From NCBI GenBank assembly GCA_963845145.1, contig CAWJQU010000004.1, forward strand, positions 224,001-288,000: a DNA stretch of 64,000 bases, in the 5' to 3' direction. The number at the start of each line of letters is the position of its first letter. Within the stretch, counting starts at the first letter, position 1. This DNA comes from an uncultured delta proteobacterium. GTDB taxonomy: Bacteria; Desulfobacterota; Desulfobacteria; Desulfobacterales; QNYZ01. Below the pieces are notes generated by a model. That model had not been told where the DNA came from and searched no databases. It saw nothing but the letters and a program-made list of their open reading frames with translations. Position numbers and translations under genes: made by a program. Shown in pieces: positions 18,357 to 27,308 of this stretch.

Positions 18357-19373
18357 TTAAATCCGTCCCTCCTCGACGCCATGGCAGGCGGCAAAACCGT
18401 TGGTATCTAATGCTTTCAATAGTGGCATTTCATTGCGGCATCTATCTTCGACATATCGGCATCTCCCATGAAATACGCAGCCGCTGGGTAGATGAATGGG
18501 TGTCGGCACATCGCCCTGCAGGCGAATGTGTTTTTTACCCTTTTCTCCCAGTTTGGGAATCGCGGACAATAGGGCCTGGGTGTAAGGGTGACGGGGTGTG
18601 GCGAATAAATCGGCAGTGGGCGCCAATTCGCATATGGTGCCAAGGTACATAACGGCGACCCGGGTACTGATGTGGGCCACCACGGATAGGTCGTGGGTTA
18701 TAAAGAGATAGGTCAGGCCGCGCTTTTCCTGGGCGTCCATGAGCAGGTTGAGGATTTGGGCCTGAATGGACACATCCAAGGCTGATACCGGTTCGTCGGC
18801 AACGATAAATTCCGGGTCGACCATCAAGGCGCGGGCGATACTGATTCGCTGACGCTGACCACCGGAAAACTCATGAGGATAGCGCTCCGCCCATTTGGGG
18901 TCAACACCGACCAGCTCCATCACTTCGGCAACTTTATCGGCGACTTCAGCCGAACGAATGGACTTGTTGTGAAATATGACCGGTTCTTCCAGAATCCGCG
19001 CGACATTCATGCGGGGGTTTAATGAGGCATAAGGGTCTTGGAAGATCATTTGCATTTTAGCCCGGTAGGGCAGCATTTGTTGGGCAGAAAGATGATCGAT
19101 GCGATCTCCGCGATAGATGATTTTGCCGCTTTCGGGAGGGTATAAGCGTAGAATGGTTCGGGCTAGTGTTGATTTCCCGCAACCGCTTTCACCTACTACG
19201 CTTAACGTTTCGCCGGGCTTGATGAAAAAACTAACGTTATTCACCGCCTGGACAACGGTACGCGTCCGTTTGATCCGTCCCTTTTCAAGGGAAAGCTGAT
19301 CCAGCAGGCCACCGGAAATATCAAAATGTTTCACCAGGTTTTCGATGGTTAACAGGTGATTGGTTGTGTCCAT
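18357..19373 (-). CDS. Dipeptide/oligopeptide ABC transporter ATPase (DppF/OppF-like)
   Basis: GESGCGKS, FSGGQRQR, ADEP and the oligo_HPY domain with a Cys cluster. Confidence 0.93.
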   Translation of the reverse strand: MDTTNHLLTIENLVKHFDISGGLLDQLSLEKGRIKRTRTVVQAVNNVSFFIKPGETLSVVGESGCGKSTLARTILRLYPPESGKIIYRGDRIDHLSAQQMLPYRAKMQMIFQDPYASLNPRMNVARILEEPVIFHNKSIRSAEVADKVAEVMELVGVDPKWAERYPHEFSGGQRQRISIARALMVDPEFIVADEPVSALDVSIQAQILNLLMDAQEKRGLTYLFITHDLSVVAHISTRVAVMYLGTICELAPTADLFATPRHPYTQALLSAIPKLGEKGKKHIRLQGDVPTPIHLPSGCVFHGRCRYVEDRCRNEMPLLKALDTNGFAACHGVEEGRI

Positions 19374-19412
19374 AATCCCATCATTTGCATAGTCAGATTA
19401 AAAAATGTCATC

Positions 19413-19563
19413 AAGCCTGTTTCAAAACGTCCCATTTTGTCCAATCTCTGCGTCAGGCTCAAATTTTAATCCTCGAAATACCCAATGTATTCCTGCGGTT
19501 AATCCGCCTGAGGCGGATCGCCTTCCTTGACCTTGACAAACTGAAACGTTTTGAAATTGGCTC
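19413..19563. repeat. MITE/REP-like intergenic element, copy B (151 bp)
   Basis: Colinear with copy A; carries an extra palindrome ATCCGCCTGAGGCGGAT at 19502-19518. Confidence 0.85.
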
Positions 19564-19605
19564 TCAATTAAATGTTTCCGATATCCGGCGTGAAAAGGTC
19601 GTGCA

Positions 19606-20583
19606 TTACGGATCCATCGCTTTCAGCATATGGCAGGCAGCATAATGGGCTTTTCCATCCAAAACCCTTAGATCCGGCCGCTTTTCCAGGCACAGCGGGT
19701 CGCACAAGGGGCAGCGAGGGTTAAACGCGCAACCGGAGGGTATGTCGGTCAGGGTCGGCATCATACCTGGGATCTGGGCCAAGCGGGAACCGGCTTGTGC
19801 CCCGCCGGGTATGGACTTGATCAGGCCCTGGGTATAGGGATGCAATGGATTATGGACGATCTGGTCCGTGGCGCCGGTTTCTATGATTCGGCCGGCATAC
19901 ATTACCGCGATTTTATCCGTGACTTGCGATACAACGGCCAAATCATGGGTAATGAGAATGAGGCCCATATCTTCGTCTTCACATAACTCCTGAAGCAGAT
20001 CCATAATGCCGGCCTGAATGGTAACATCCAGGGCGGTGGTCGGCTCGTCAGCGATAATCAGGGACGGATCGGTTAACATGGCAATGGCGACGACAATGCG
20101 CTGACGCATGCCGCCTGAACATTCGTGGGGGTATTGCAATAAACGTTTCGCAGGAGAAGGAATATAAACTTTTTTTAGTTTTTCCAGGGCGATATCCATG
20201 GCATCCGCTCTGGAAACCTTCATATGGGCCAAAACGGTTTCCGTCATCTGAGTGCCGATGGTCAAGACCGGATTGAGCGTCATCATGGGATCCTGGAAAA
20301 TCATGCTGATGCGGTACCCACGCAGCTTTCGCATCTCGCCAATAGCCAATTGGCTCAAATCGCGACCTTCAAAAAGGATGCTGCCCCCGGAAATATAACC
20401 CGGCTTGCTGATCAGGTTGATGATGGAAAATCCGGCGACCGATTTTCCTGCCCCGCTTTCGCCCACTATCCCCAATTTTTCTTTCTTGTCCAGGGTAAAA
20501 CTAACATCGTCGATGGCGGTTAAATCGCCAAATCGCAATGCAAATTTTACTTCCAGGTTTTTAACCTCTAACAGATGCCCCAT
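19606..20583 (-). CDS. Dipeptide/oligopeptide ABC transporter ATPase (DppD/OppD-like)
   Basis: GESGAGKS, SGGMRQR, ADEPTTALD and HPYT motifs. Confidence 0.93.
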   Translation of the reverse strand: MGHLLEVKNLEVKFALRFGDLTAIDDVSFTLDKKEKLGIVGESGAGKSVAGFSIINLISKPGYISGGSILFEGRDLSQLAIGEMRKLRGYRISMIFQDPMMTLNPVLTIGTQMTETVLAHMKVSRADAMDIALEKLKKVYIPSPAKRLLQYPHECSGGMRQRIVVAIAMLTDPSLIIADEPTTALDVTIQAGIMDLLQELCEDEDMGLILITHDLAVVSQVTDKIAVMYAGRIIETGATDQIVHNPLHPYTQGLIKSIPGGAQAGSRLAQIPGMMPTLTDIPSGCAFNPRCPLCDPLCLEKRPDLRVLDGKAHYAACHMLKAMDP

Positions 20584-20585
20584 AT

Positions 20586-21503
20586 CTATCCTTTATACAA
20601 CTTAGGGTTGAGCACATCTCGCAACCAATCCCCGAAAAGAATGATCACCAAAGTGAAGACAACGAGCAGGATGCCGGGGAAAAAGGTAATCCACCAGGAG
20701 CCGCTGAAAACATATTCAAACCCGGCATTGATCAAAGATCCCAAAGATGGTTTGGTGATGGGCATGCCCAGCCCTAGAAATGAGAGGGCGGCCTCACTCA
20801 TGACCGCCTGGGCCACCTGGATGGTGGAAATAACCAGAACCGGCGTGAGGGTGTTGGGTAAAATATGCCTGAACATGATGAGGCGTCGATTGAGGCCGAT
20901 CACCCGGGCCGCCTCGACGTACTCCTTATTTTTCTCGCCCAGTACCGAGGCCCGTACAGTTCGTGCATACTTGGGCCATTCGGACATGCCGATGATAACG
21001 ATGAGAAGGGGCATGGCCAGCTCTTCAAAACGCCCCACGCCAAATGCCAGCTGAAAGATGGCGCTGGTGATGATGGCCATGATGAGATAGGGAATGGAAA
21101 ACTGGATATCGGCGATTCGCATGAAAAAGGCGTCGATTCGACCGCCAAGATATCCGGAAGTCAATCCGACGGATATACCCAGCAGGGCCTGGAAAATAAC
21201 CGCACCCAGCCCGATAATCACCGATGTTCGCAACCCGTAAAGCATGGTGGAATATAGATCGCGGCCTTGAATATCGGTACCCAGCCAGAATCTTTCGTCA
21301 CCGCCTTCCATCCAGGACGGTGCAATTTCGGCATCCATTATATCCATCTGGGCGGTATCATAGGGGTTGTACGGCGCAATGACCGGTGCCATAAATGCCA
21401 CCGTCACCAAAAACAGAAAGATGGAAAAACTCAGCACCGCCACAGGGTCCCGCTTGAAGCTATACAGAACGTAAGAATCTTTAAATCGCTTCCATCTATT
21501 CAT
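20586..21503 (-). CDS. Dipeptide/oligopeptide ABC permease (DppC-like)
   Basis: LGTDIQGRD, EYVEAAR and EAALSFLGLG motifs. Confidence 0.92.
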   Translation of the reverse strand: MNRWKRFKDSYVLYSFKRDPVAVLSFSIFLFLVTVAFMAPVIAPYNPYDTAQMDIMDAEIAPSWMEGGDERFWLGTDIQGRDLYSTMLYGLRTSVIIGLGAVIFQALLGISVGLTSGYLGGRIDAFFMRIADIQFSIPYLIMAIITSAIFQLAFGVGRFEELAMPLLIVIIGMSEWPKYARTVRASVLGEKNKEYVEAARVIGLNRRLIMFRHILPNTLTPVLVISTIQVAQAVMSEAALSFLGLGMPITKPSLGSLINAGFEYVFSGSWWITFFPGILLVVFTLVIILFGDWLRDVLNPKLYKG

Positions 21504-22474
21504 TTTGTACCCGCTATCCGCACCATCGGATTAATAAAACCATAAACAATATCAACAAGGGTATTGATCACCACAAACATGCCCCCGACAACCATTAAAT
21601 AGGCCACCAAAAGGGCCGTGTCCGAGCGGTCAACGGCTTCTAAAAACATAAACCCCATGCCCTGCCATTGAAAGACAGTTTCCGTCAGCAGGGTAAAAGC
21701 AAAAAGGATTCCGATTTCAACCCCGAAAACCGTAACCACCGGTAGCAGCGTATTTTTAAATGCGTGTACCAGCCATACCCGCTTTTTCGACAACCCTTTG
21801 GCCCATGCGAATTTAATATATTCTGTCTCCAGCACTTCCATCATTTCCGATCGAATCAGGCGTATATAGAGGGGTAACATAATCGACGACAATGACACGC
21901 TGGGAAGAATCAGGTGCTTAAGACCATCCCACGTCAATAAACCCGTTTCCCAGCCCCATACATTGACTGTTTCACCGCGCCCATACGCAGGCAGCCACCT
22001 CAATTCCACCCCAAAGACATAGATAAGGGCAATAGCGGTCAGGAATACCGGCACCGCCACCCCGATGGTGCTAAACCCCATAACGAGCCGGGAAAACAGG
22101 CTTCTTGGGTAAAGGGCGGAGTAAATGCCAATGGGAAAGGTCAACAAAATGATGATGAGAGAGGAGGCCAGCACGAGTTCCAGGGTGGCCGGCGCTTTGG
22201 ATAGGATGACATCAAGGGTGGGTTTGCTGTGAAAATAAGAAGTTCCCAAATCTCCTTTGGCCGCATTACCCACGAATCGGAAATATTGGGTGAAAAAGGG
22301 ATCGTTGAGACCTAACTGGTCACGGATGGCCTCCCGTTCCGCTGCCGATACCCGTATACCGACCATATCGCGAACCGGATCGCCGATATTGTGTTGCACG
22401 GAAAAGCCTATGAAGCTGATAACCAGCATCACCACAATCGATTGGATCACGCGCCTGATAATAAATGCAAACAT
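21500..22474 (-). CDS. Dipeptide/oligopeptide ABC permease (DppB-like)
   Basis: GDLGTSY, PATLEL, AKGL..HAFKN and ETVFQWQGMG motifs. Confidence 0.92.
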   Translation of the reverse strand: MFAFIIRRVIQSIVVMLVISFIGFSVQHNIGDPVRDMVGIRVSAAEREAIRDQLGLNDPFFTQYFRFVGNAAKGDLGTSYFHSKPTLDVILSKAPATLELVLASSLIIILLTFPIGIYSALYPRSLFSRLVMGFSTIGVAVPVFLTAIALIYVFGVELRWLPAYGRGETVNVWGWETGLLTWDGLKHLILPSVSLSSIMLPLYIRLIRSEMMEVLETEYIKFAWAKGLSKKRVWLVHAFKNTLLPVVTVFGVEIGILFAFTLLTETVFQWQGMGFMFLEAVDRSDTALLVAYLMVVGGMFVVINTLVDIVYGFINPMVRIAGTK

Positions 22475-22526
22475 GGTTATTTTTCACTCATATTTTCACC
22501 AAAACCGTTCGTGCAGGGTTTATAAA

Positions 22527-22570
22527 AATGGGGCAGATACCCGTTTATTTACGGTTTGCTCTGCCCCATT
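22527..22570 (-). terminator. Stem-loop after the binding-protein gene (partial terminator or mRNA stabiliser)
   Basis: 11-bp stem AATGGGGCAGA / TCTGCCCCATT, followed by a T-run on the minus strand. Confidence 0.6.
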
Positions 22571-22620
22571 TCCCCTTTTTCATGAAGGTATAACGATCTT
22601 AGTGGACGTTTTTGCCGGGA

Positions 22621-24170
22621 TTATTCGATCACCAAGTCTCCTAAATAAGGGAAATTCAAGGTGTTGACAATCGGTTGGGCTTTAACGCCCTTTTTTACAC
22701 CATAGGAATGGTTCTGCCAATGGAACGGTACATAGGCTGCTTCATCATAGATGATCTGTTCAATTTCCTGCAGCATTTTGGCCCGTTTTTCCAGATCGGT
22801 TTCACTCTGGCAGGCGATGGTCAGTTCGTCGACCTTCGGGTTGCAGTAGTTACCACTGTTATACTGCCCGTACCCGGTTTCCTTATTGGGGCACATGATC
22901 AGAAACTCGTAGAAATTACCTGAATCTTCCGTATCGGAGTGCCAGCCGATCATCTGGAAATCAGCCGGTTGCCGGTCGAATTCATCCCAGTACTGGGCCT
23001 TGGGCATGGTTTTAAGATTAATCTTGATCCCTATCTTGGATACCATGGCCACGAACGCTTCGGCGATTTTTTCGTCGTTGACATAGCGGTTGTTGGGCGC
23101 AATCATGGTTGCTTCAAAACCATCGGCAAATCCGGCCTCTTTCATCAGGCTTTTGGCTTTTTCCAGGTCATAGCGCGGTTTCAGGCTTTCCTTGTAGCCA
23201 TAGTAACCCTTGGGGCTCATCTGCCCGGCCGGTGTGGCGGTACCCTTCATGATTTTATCGCTAATACCGACATTGTTGACGGCGTAAACGATGGCCTGAC
23301 GAACACGCGCATCTTTAAGCGCTTCCAGGCGTTTCGAATTCATCTGGACGGTAATAATTCGGCCGCCGGTAAAGGTAATCAGCTCCACGTTTGGATCTTT
23401 TTCGACACGGTCAAAATCCTGGGGGGAACAGGCATAATAAAGTCCACATCCCCGGAGAGAAGGGCGGCCATGCGGGTGGCTTCCTCTTTGATGGGGGTGA
23501 GATTAACTTCAGACACATTGCCCGGGGAGCCTTTGTCCCAATAATCGGCAAATCGGGTCAAGACCATTTTGACGCCGTGCTCGCGGAATGTACATTGGAA
23601 CGCACCGGTACCACTGGGTAATGCTGTTTTGGCATAAGTATATCCAACTTTCAGCAATGCATCTTTGGGTTTGCCCTGATCATCGGTGCCGCTATAAAAA
23701 GCGCTATCCAGGGGAAACACATAGGTCATCATATTGAGCAACAGGGGGTACGGTTTTTTGGTTTTGATGTCGATGGTGTGATCGTCTACAACCACTGATT
23801 CCGCGAAAGGTTCGAACAGACCTTTAAAGTCAGGGCTGGCATTAAAACGATCAAGTGTAAATTTGACATCTTTGGCCGTGAACGGATTTCCGGAATGAAA
23901 TTTTACGCCTTTGCGCAGAAAAAACCGAACAGTCATATCGTCGACGCGTTCCCATTTTTCCGCCAGACGCGGTTCAAAACTCATGTCCTGACGATAACGT
24001 ACCAGTGGATCAAATACCCAATGGGAAAATTGCAGCATGCCCCCGGATAATTGTTCCTGAATATCTAATGTTTTGGGGTCTGCATCCAGGGCGAATTTTA
24101 ATGTTTTGGCGTTAACGCCAAATGGTAATAACAGTACGATCGCAAGGGCCACAATCACAAATTTTTTCAT
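22621..24170 (-). pseudogene. ABC substrate-binding protein (family 5, DppA-like) split by a 1-bp frameshift
   Basis: ORFs 23379-24170 and 22621-23388 are the two halves of one protein. Adding one C to the C6 run (G6 at 23421-23426 on +) restores ..PVPPQDFDRVEKDPNVELITF.. Confidence 0.85.
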
Positions 24171-24338
24171 TTTTTAATACCTCCTCTTGTGGGTTTAAAA
24201 AGGATCCGCATGGAATCCCTACCGACTCATTACAGGTCTGACAAAAATAGTAACCCGGGCCTTATTTTGATCAGGTTGAATCGCAAATGGGTTCAATGCA
24301 ACGCTAATCAGTTTCGACCTCTTACAAATTTAATCTGG

Positions 24339-24367
24339 ATAGTAGGTTTTGTCGTTTAAAGGGTCAA
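24339..24367 (-). promoter_or_regulatory. Sigma-70-type promoter for the dpp operon
   Basis: TTGACC-N17-TACTAT on the minus strand, about 170 bp upstream of the binding-protein start. Confidence 0.55.
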
Positions 24368-24659
24368 TAGGAAAATCAATAGCGCAGCATATTTCAAGCT
24401 GAAATACGCGAAAAATAAATGGGTCCTATTTTGCTTACGTAAGTGTAAAATAGATAAAAGAGCCGTTTAGCGCTCTATCTCTAATACGATAGAATGCTAA
24501 GCCAACTCTAAACTAATGATTATGTCAATAATTATGTATAAAACATATGAAATCATAAAAATCAACCGCAAGAATTAACAAAATCTACAATAGGGGCGCT
24601 ATCCGTTCAAACAGCTTCTCAAACGTTTAGCCAATGAAAAAGAATCATCCAATGCGTTA

Positions 24660-25541
24660 CTATTTGTCATCCAATCCCGAAAGCTCGCGAATCGACCGTG
24701 CCACGGCAGAAACGTCTTCATCCCCGTGGCCTCGGCCGATCAAGCCGGATTCCACTTGCTCTGCAAAGGCCGAAACAGGAAGGGCGACCCCCAGGTCGCG
24801 AGCTGCTTCCAGGGCGATTTTCAAATCTTTGGCGTGCAGGCGCACGCGGAATCCCAGCGGATAATCATTATTTACCATATTACCGGCGCGATTGCTTAGA
24901 ACCCAGGAACCAGCGGCCCCTCCGGCAATAGCAGCCACCACTTTTTCCATATCTAACCCGGCTTTCATGCCCAGCGTCATGCCTTCCGCAACACCCAAGT
25001 AGGTGGCGGCGATGACGACCTGGTTAATCGCTTTCGTGATCTGACCGGCGCCGATGGGTCCGACGTGGGTGATGGTTTTACCCATGGTTTCAAGTACGGG
25101 GCGAACCCTTTCTATGTCTTCTGAGTTTCCGCCGACCATGATAGCCAACGTCCCTTGCTGAGCGCCTTCTGATCCGCCCGATACCGGGGCGTCGATCATC
25201 CGAATCCCTTTTTCGGCCAAAGCCACGGCCATTTCGCGGGTGGCCGATGGACTAATGGTCGACATGTCTACCACGATGCTTCCCTTTTTGGCGCCGTTGA
25301 TGACGCCATCGTCTCCCAATAGGATAGCACGTACATCCGGTGTATCGCTCACACAGATAATCACGACATCCGCATCAGCCGCGGCTGCGGCCGGCGATGT
25401 CGCACGGACGGCGCCTTTTTCGGCCACCTCTTTCTCCTTATCCCGGTTTCGATTGTGAACGATGACCTCATATCCACCTTTGAGAATATTCATTGCCATG
25501 GGCTCGCCCATGGTGCCCATTCCAATAAAAGCGATTTTCAT
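24660..25541 (-). CDS. Beta-hydroxyacid dehydrogenase (3-hydroxyisobutyrate DH / tartronate semialdehyde reductase family)
   Basis: GMGTMG, DAPVSGG and KAINQ (catalytic Lys). Confidence 0.9.
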   Translation of the reverse strand: MKIAFIGMGTMGEPMAMNILKGGYEVIVHNRNRDKEKEVAEKGAVRATSPAAAAADADVVIICVSDTPDVRAILLGDDGVINGAKKGSIVVDMSTISPSATREMAVALAEKGIRMIDAPVSGGSEGAQQGTLAIMVGGNSEDIERVRPVLETMGKTITHVGPIGAGQITKAINQVVIAATYLGVAEGMTLGMKAGLDMEKVVAAIAGGAAGSWVLSNRAGNMVNNDYPLGFRVRLHAKDLKIALEAARDLGVALPVSAFAEQVESGLIGRGHGDEDVSAVARSIRELSGLDDK

Positions 25542-25582
25542 GTGAACGCTCCTTCTTGATCTGTTTTAAGGGGAACTATTTT

Positions 25583-26014
25583 TTAAACGCGCCGACACTT
25601 TTGATGGTTGAGATCGGCTTGAATTAACATTTTCAACAACTCTTCGATATCAGCCTCGCGGAGACGTTTGCGCCATCGGGTCATGCTGGATGGGTTGATG
25701 GGGGGGAAGTGTTCAAACCATTTCATGCCGCTGAAGTATTGCCAGTATGGGTTTTCAACCCAGTTATCGACGACCCGCTGATCGCTCAATTGATGTGTAT
25801 ATTTTAAATAATGTAGGGCCACCATCAAGCGGGTGCTGATTCCCGGGCGACCGCGATTCCTGCTATAGGTTGAACTGAATATTTTTTCCAGTCGTTTCCA
25901 ATTGGTTTTGCGAGCCAGTTTTGAGAGGGGATGGGCGTGTGAGATAATTTTGGACAACTCGACCCGAAACAGGTCCATCTGTGGGTTTTCGATGTGGGGT
26001 TTTTTCGGCTTCAT
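25583..26014 (-). mobile_element. IS5-family transposase N-terminal fragment (DUF772-like) lacking the DDE domain
   Basis: HPLSKLA..W, GRPGISTRLMVALHYLK, WVENPYWQYFSG and SSMTRWRKR; the ORF stops before the first catalytic Asp. No TIRs seen. Confidence 0.8.
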
Positions 26015-26062
26015 GCCAAATCATCACCCCCCTGTGATGGATGAAGTCGCATTCGATACATG

Positions 26063-26548
26063 TTAAAATGTCGTCCCGATGCCTATCCCGAACCGAAAGC
26101 GCGGCATCCATCCTTCGTCCGGTTGCCACAGTTTAATTTCATGCGCCTCAAGCTTGGGATACGCGTAGGTCATCTCGCCGATGCGGCGGTTTTCGATGAC
26201 CACCAATTTGCCCACCACGGTCACCGAATTCCCTTTGGTATAGATGGCGGGGTCTAAAAACCGATCGACCCCAACGAGAAACCGGCCCTGGGACTGATCG
26301 TTATCCAGGGGGCGATTCAGCCTGTTTAAGGGAAGTTGCAAGATGGTCAGTTCCGTGCCGCGGCCATCATTTTGAGTGGTGATGATTTTACCGCCGAACA
26401 GAACTGTTTCTCCAATCAAATCCTTGGATTGTTTCTGAAATGTTGAAAAAGAGTCCTGAAACGTCACCTGGGACCGGCCCTGTTTTGAAATGCCGGCGGC
26501 GCAACCGATAAAAATGAGAGCGGTTATCACCAGAGCAAACGGTTTCAT
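26063..26548 (-). CDS. Slp-family outer-membrane lipoprotein
   Basis: Lipobox FIGC; FGGKII, SQGRFL and FLDPAIY motifs. Confidence 0.87.
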   Translation of the reverse strand: MKPFALVITALIFIGCAAGISKQGRSQVTFQDSFSTFQKQSKDLIGETVLFGGKIITTQNDGRGTELTILQLPLNRLNRPLDNDQSQGRFLVGVDRFLDPAIYTKGNSVTVVGKLVVIENRRIGEMTYAYPKLEAHEIKLWQPDEGWMPRFRFGIGIGTTF

Positions 26549-26577
26549 CTTAGAATAATCCTTAAATTAGGATTGAC

Positions 26578-27183
26578 TTACCAGCGATGTCGATGATGGC
26601 GTAAATGATAATGCCGGTGTCGCAATCCATAGAAATAGAACGGGTCGTGCCTTCCATACCAGGGGTCATTCCAATACCAGAAGGGATCGTTGTATGGATG
26701 CCGATAGCGCGGCGTTCGGTAGCGCGGCCATAAATGCAACTCTTCGGCTTCTATTTTCAATTGGGGTATGGGGGACGTAGCCAGTTTAGCCCCGGGTTTA
26801 TCCTCTGTTTTATCGGCTGATTTATCCGTTGAGCTGGATACGATCTTTCCGGCCACGGTAATTTTTCGTCCCTTGGTATACACCTCCGGATCGAGGAATT
26901 TTGAGGTGTGGATGACCAGTCGTCCTTGGGAATGGTCCTTGGAACCGGGCCTATCGCCTGTTTTTAATGGTACCTGAAGGGCGTTTAGCACGGAGCCGTC
27001 AGGCTGGTTCTGAACGTCGAGCACATATCCGCCCAAAATGACGAGTTGGTTTCGATACCGTTCGATATCATTAACCAATTCGTGAAAAGTAGGCGCAGAG
27101 ACGGCGTTTTCGCGCACATTTTTCGATACGACCGAACACGAAACCGATATCAAGGCCAACATGATAATTACGACCGGTTTCAT
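26578..27183 (-). CDS. Slp-family outer-membrane lipoprotein
   Basis: Lipobox SVSC; LGGYVL, SQGRL and FLDPEVY motifs; His/Arg/Tyr-rich tail. Confidence 0.85.
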   Translation of the reverse strand: MKPVVIIMLALISVSCSVVSKNVRENAVSAPTFHELVNDIERYRNQLVILGGYVLDVQNQPDGSVLNALQVPLKTGDRPGSKDHSQGRLVIHTSKFLDPEVYTKGRKITVAGKIVSSSTDKSADKTEDKPGAKLATSPIPQLKIEAEELHLWPRYRTPRYRHPYNDPFWYWNDPWYGRHDPFYFYGLRHRHYHLRHHRHRW

Positions 27184-27308
27184 AAAGGCTCCGCCATGAT
27201 GAGAATTACGATGAAGTCCTGATAATGAACGAATAATAACGTAGTGCTATGACATAATATGGCACTGACTATTGAAAGCGTCAAGTGACGATGACGATGT
27301 TAGTCGAC

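Noticed and set aside
24171..24659. Riboswitch or sRNA in the long AT-rich region upstream of the dpp operon
   Set aside because: No recognisable aptamer motif or strong structure; only a plausible sigma-70 promoter.
25583..26060. Intact, active IS5 element
   Set aside because: No DDE domain, terminal inverted repeats or target duplication are visible.
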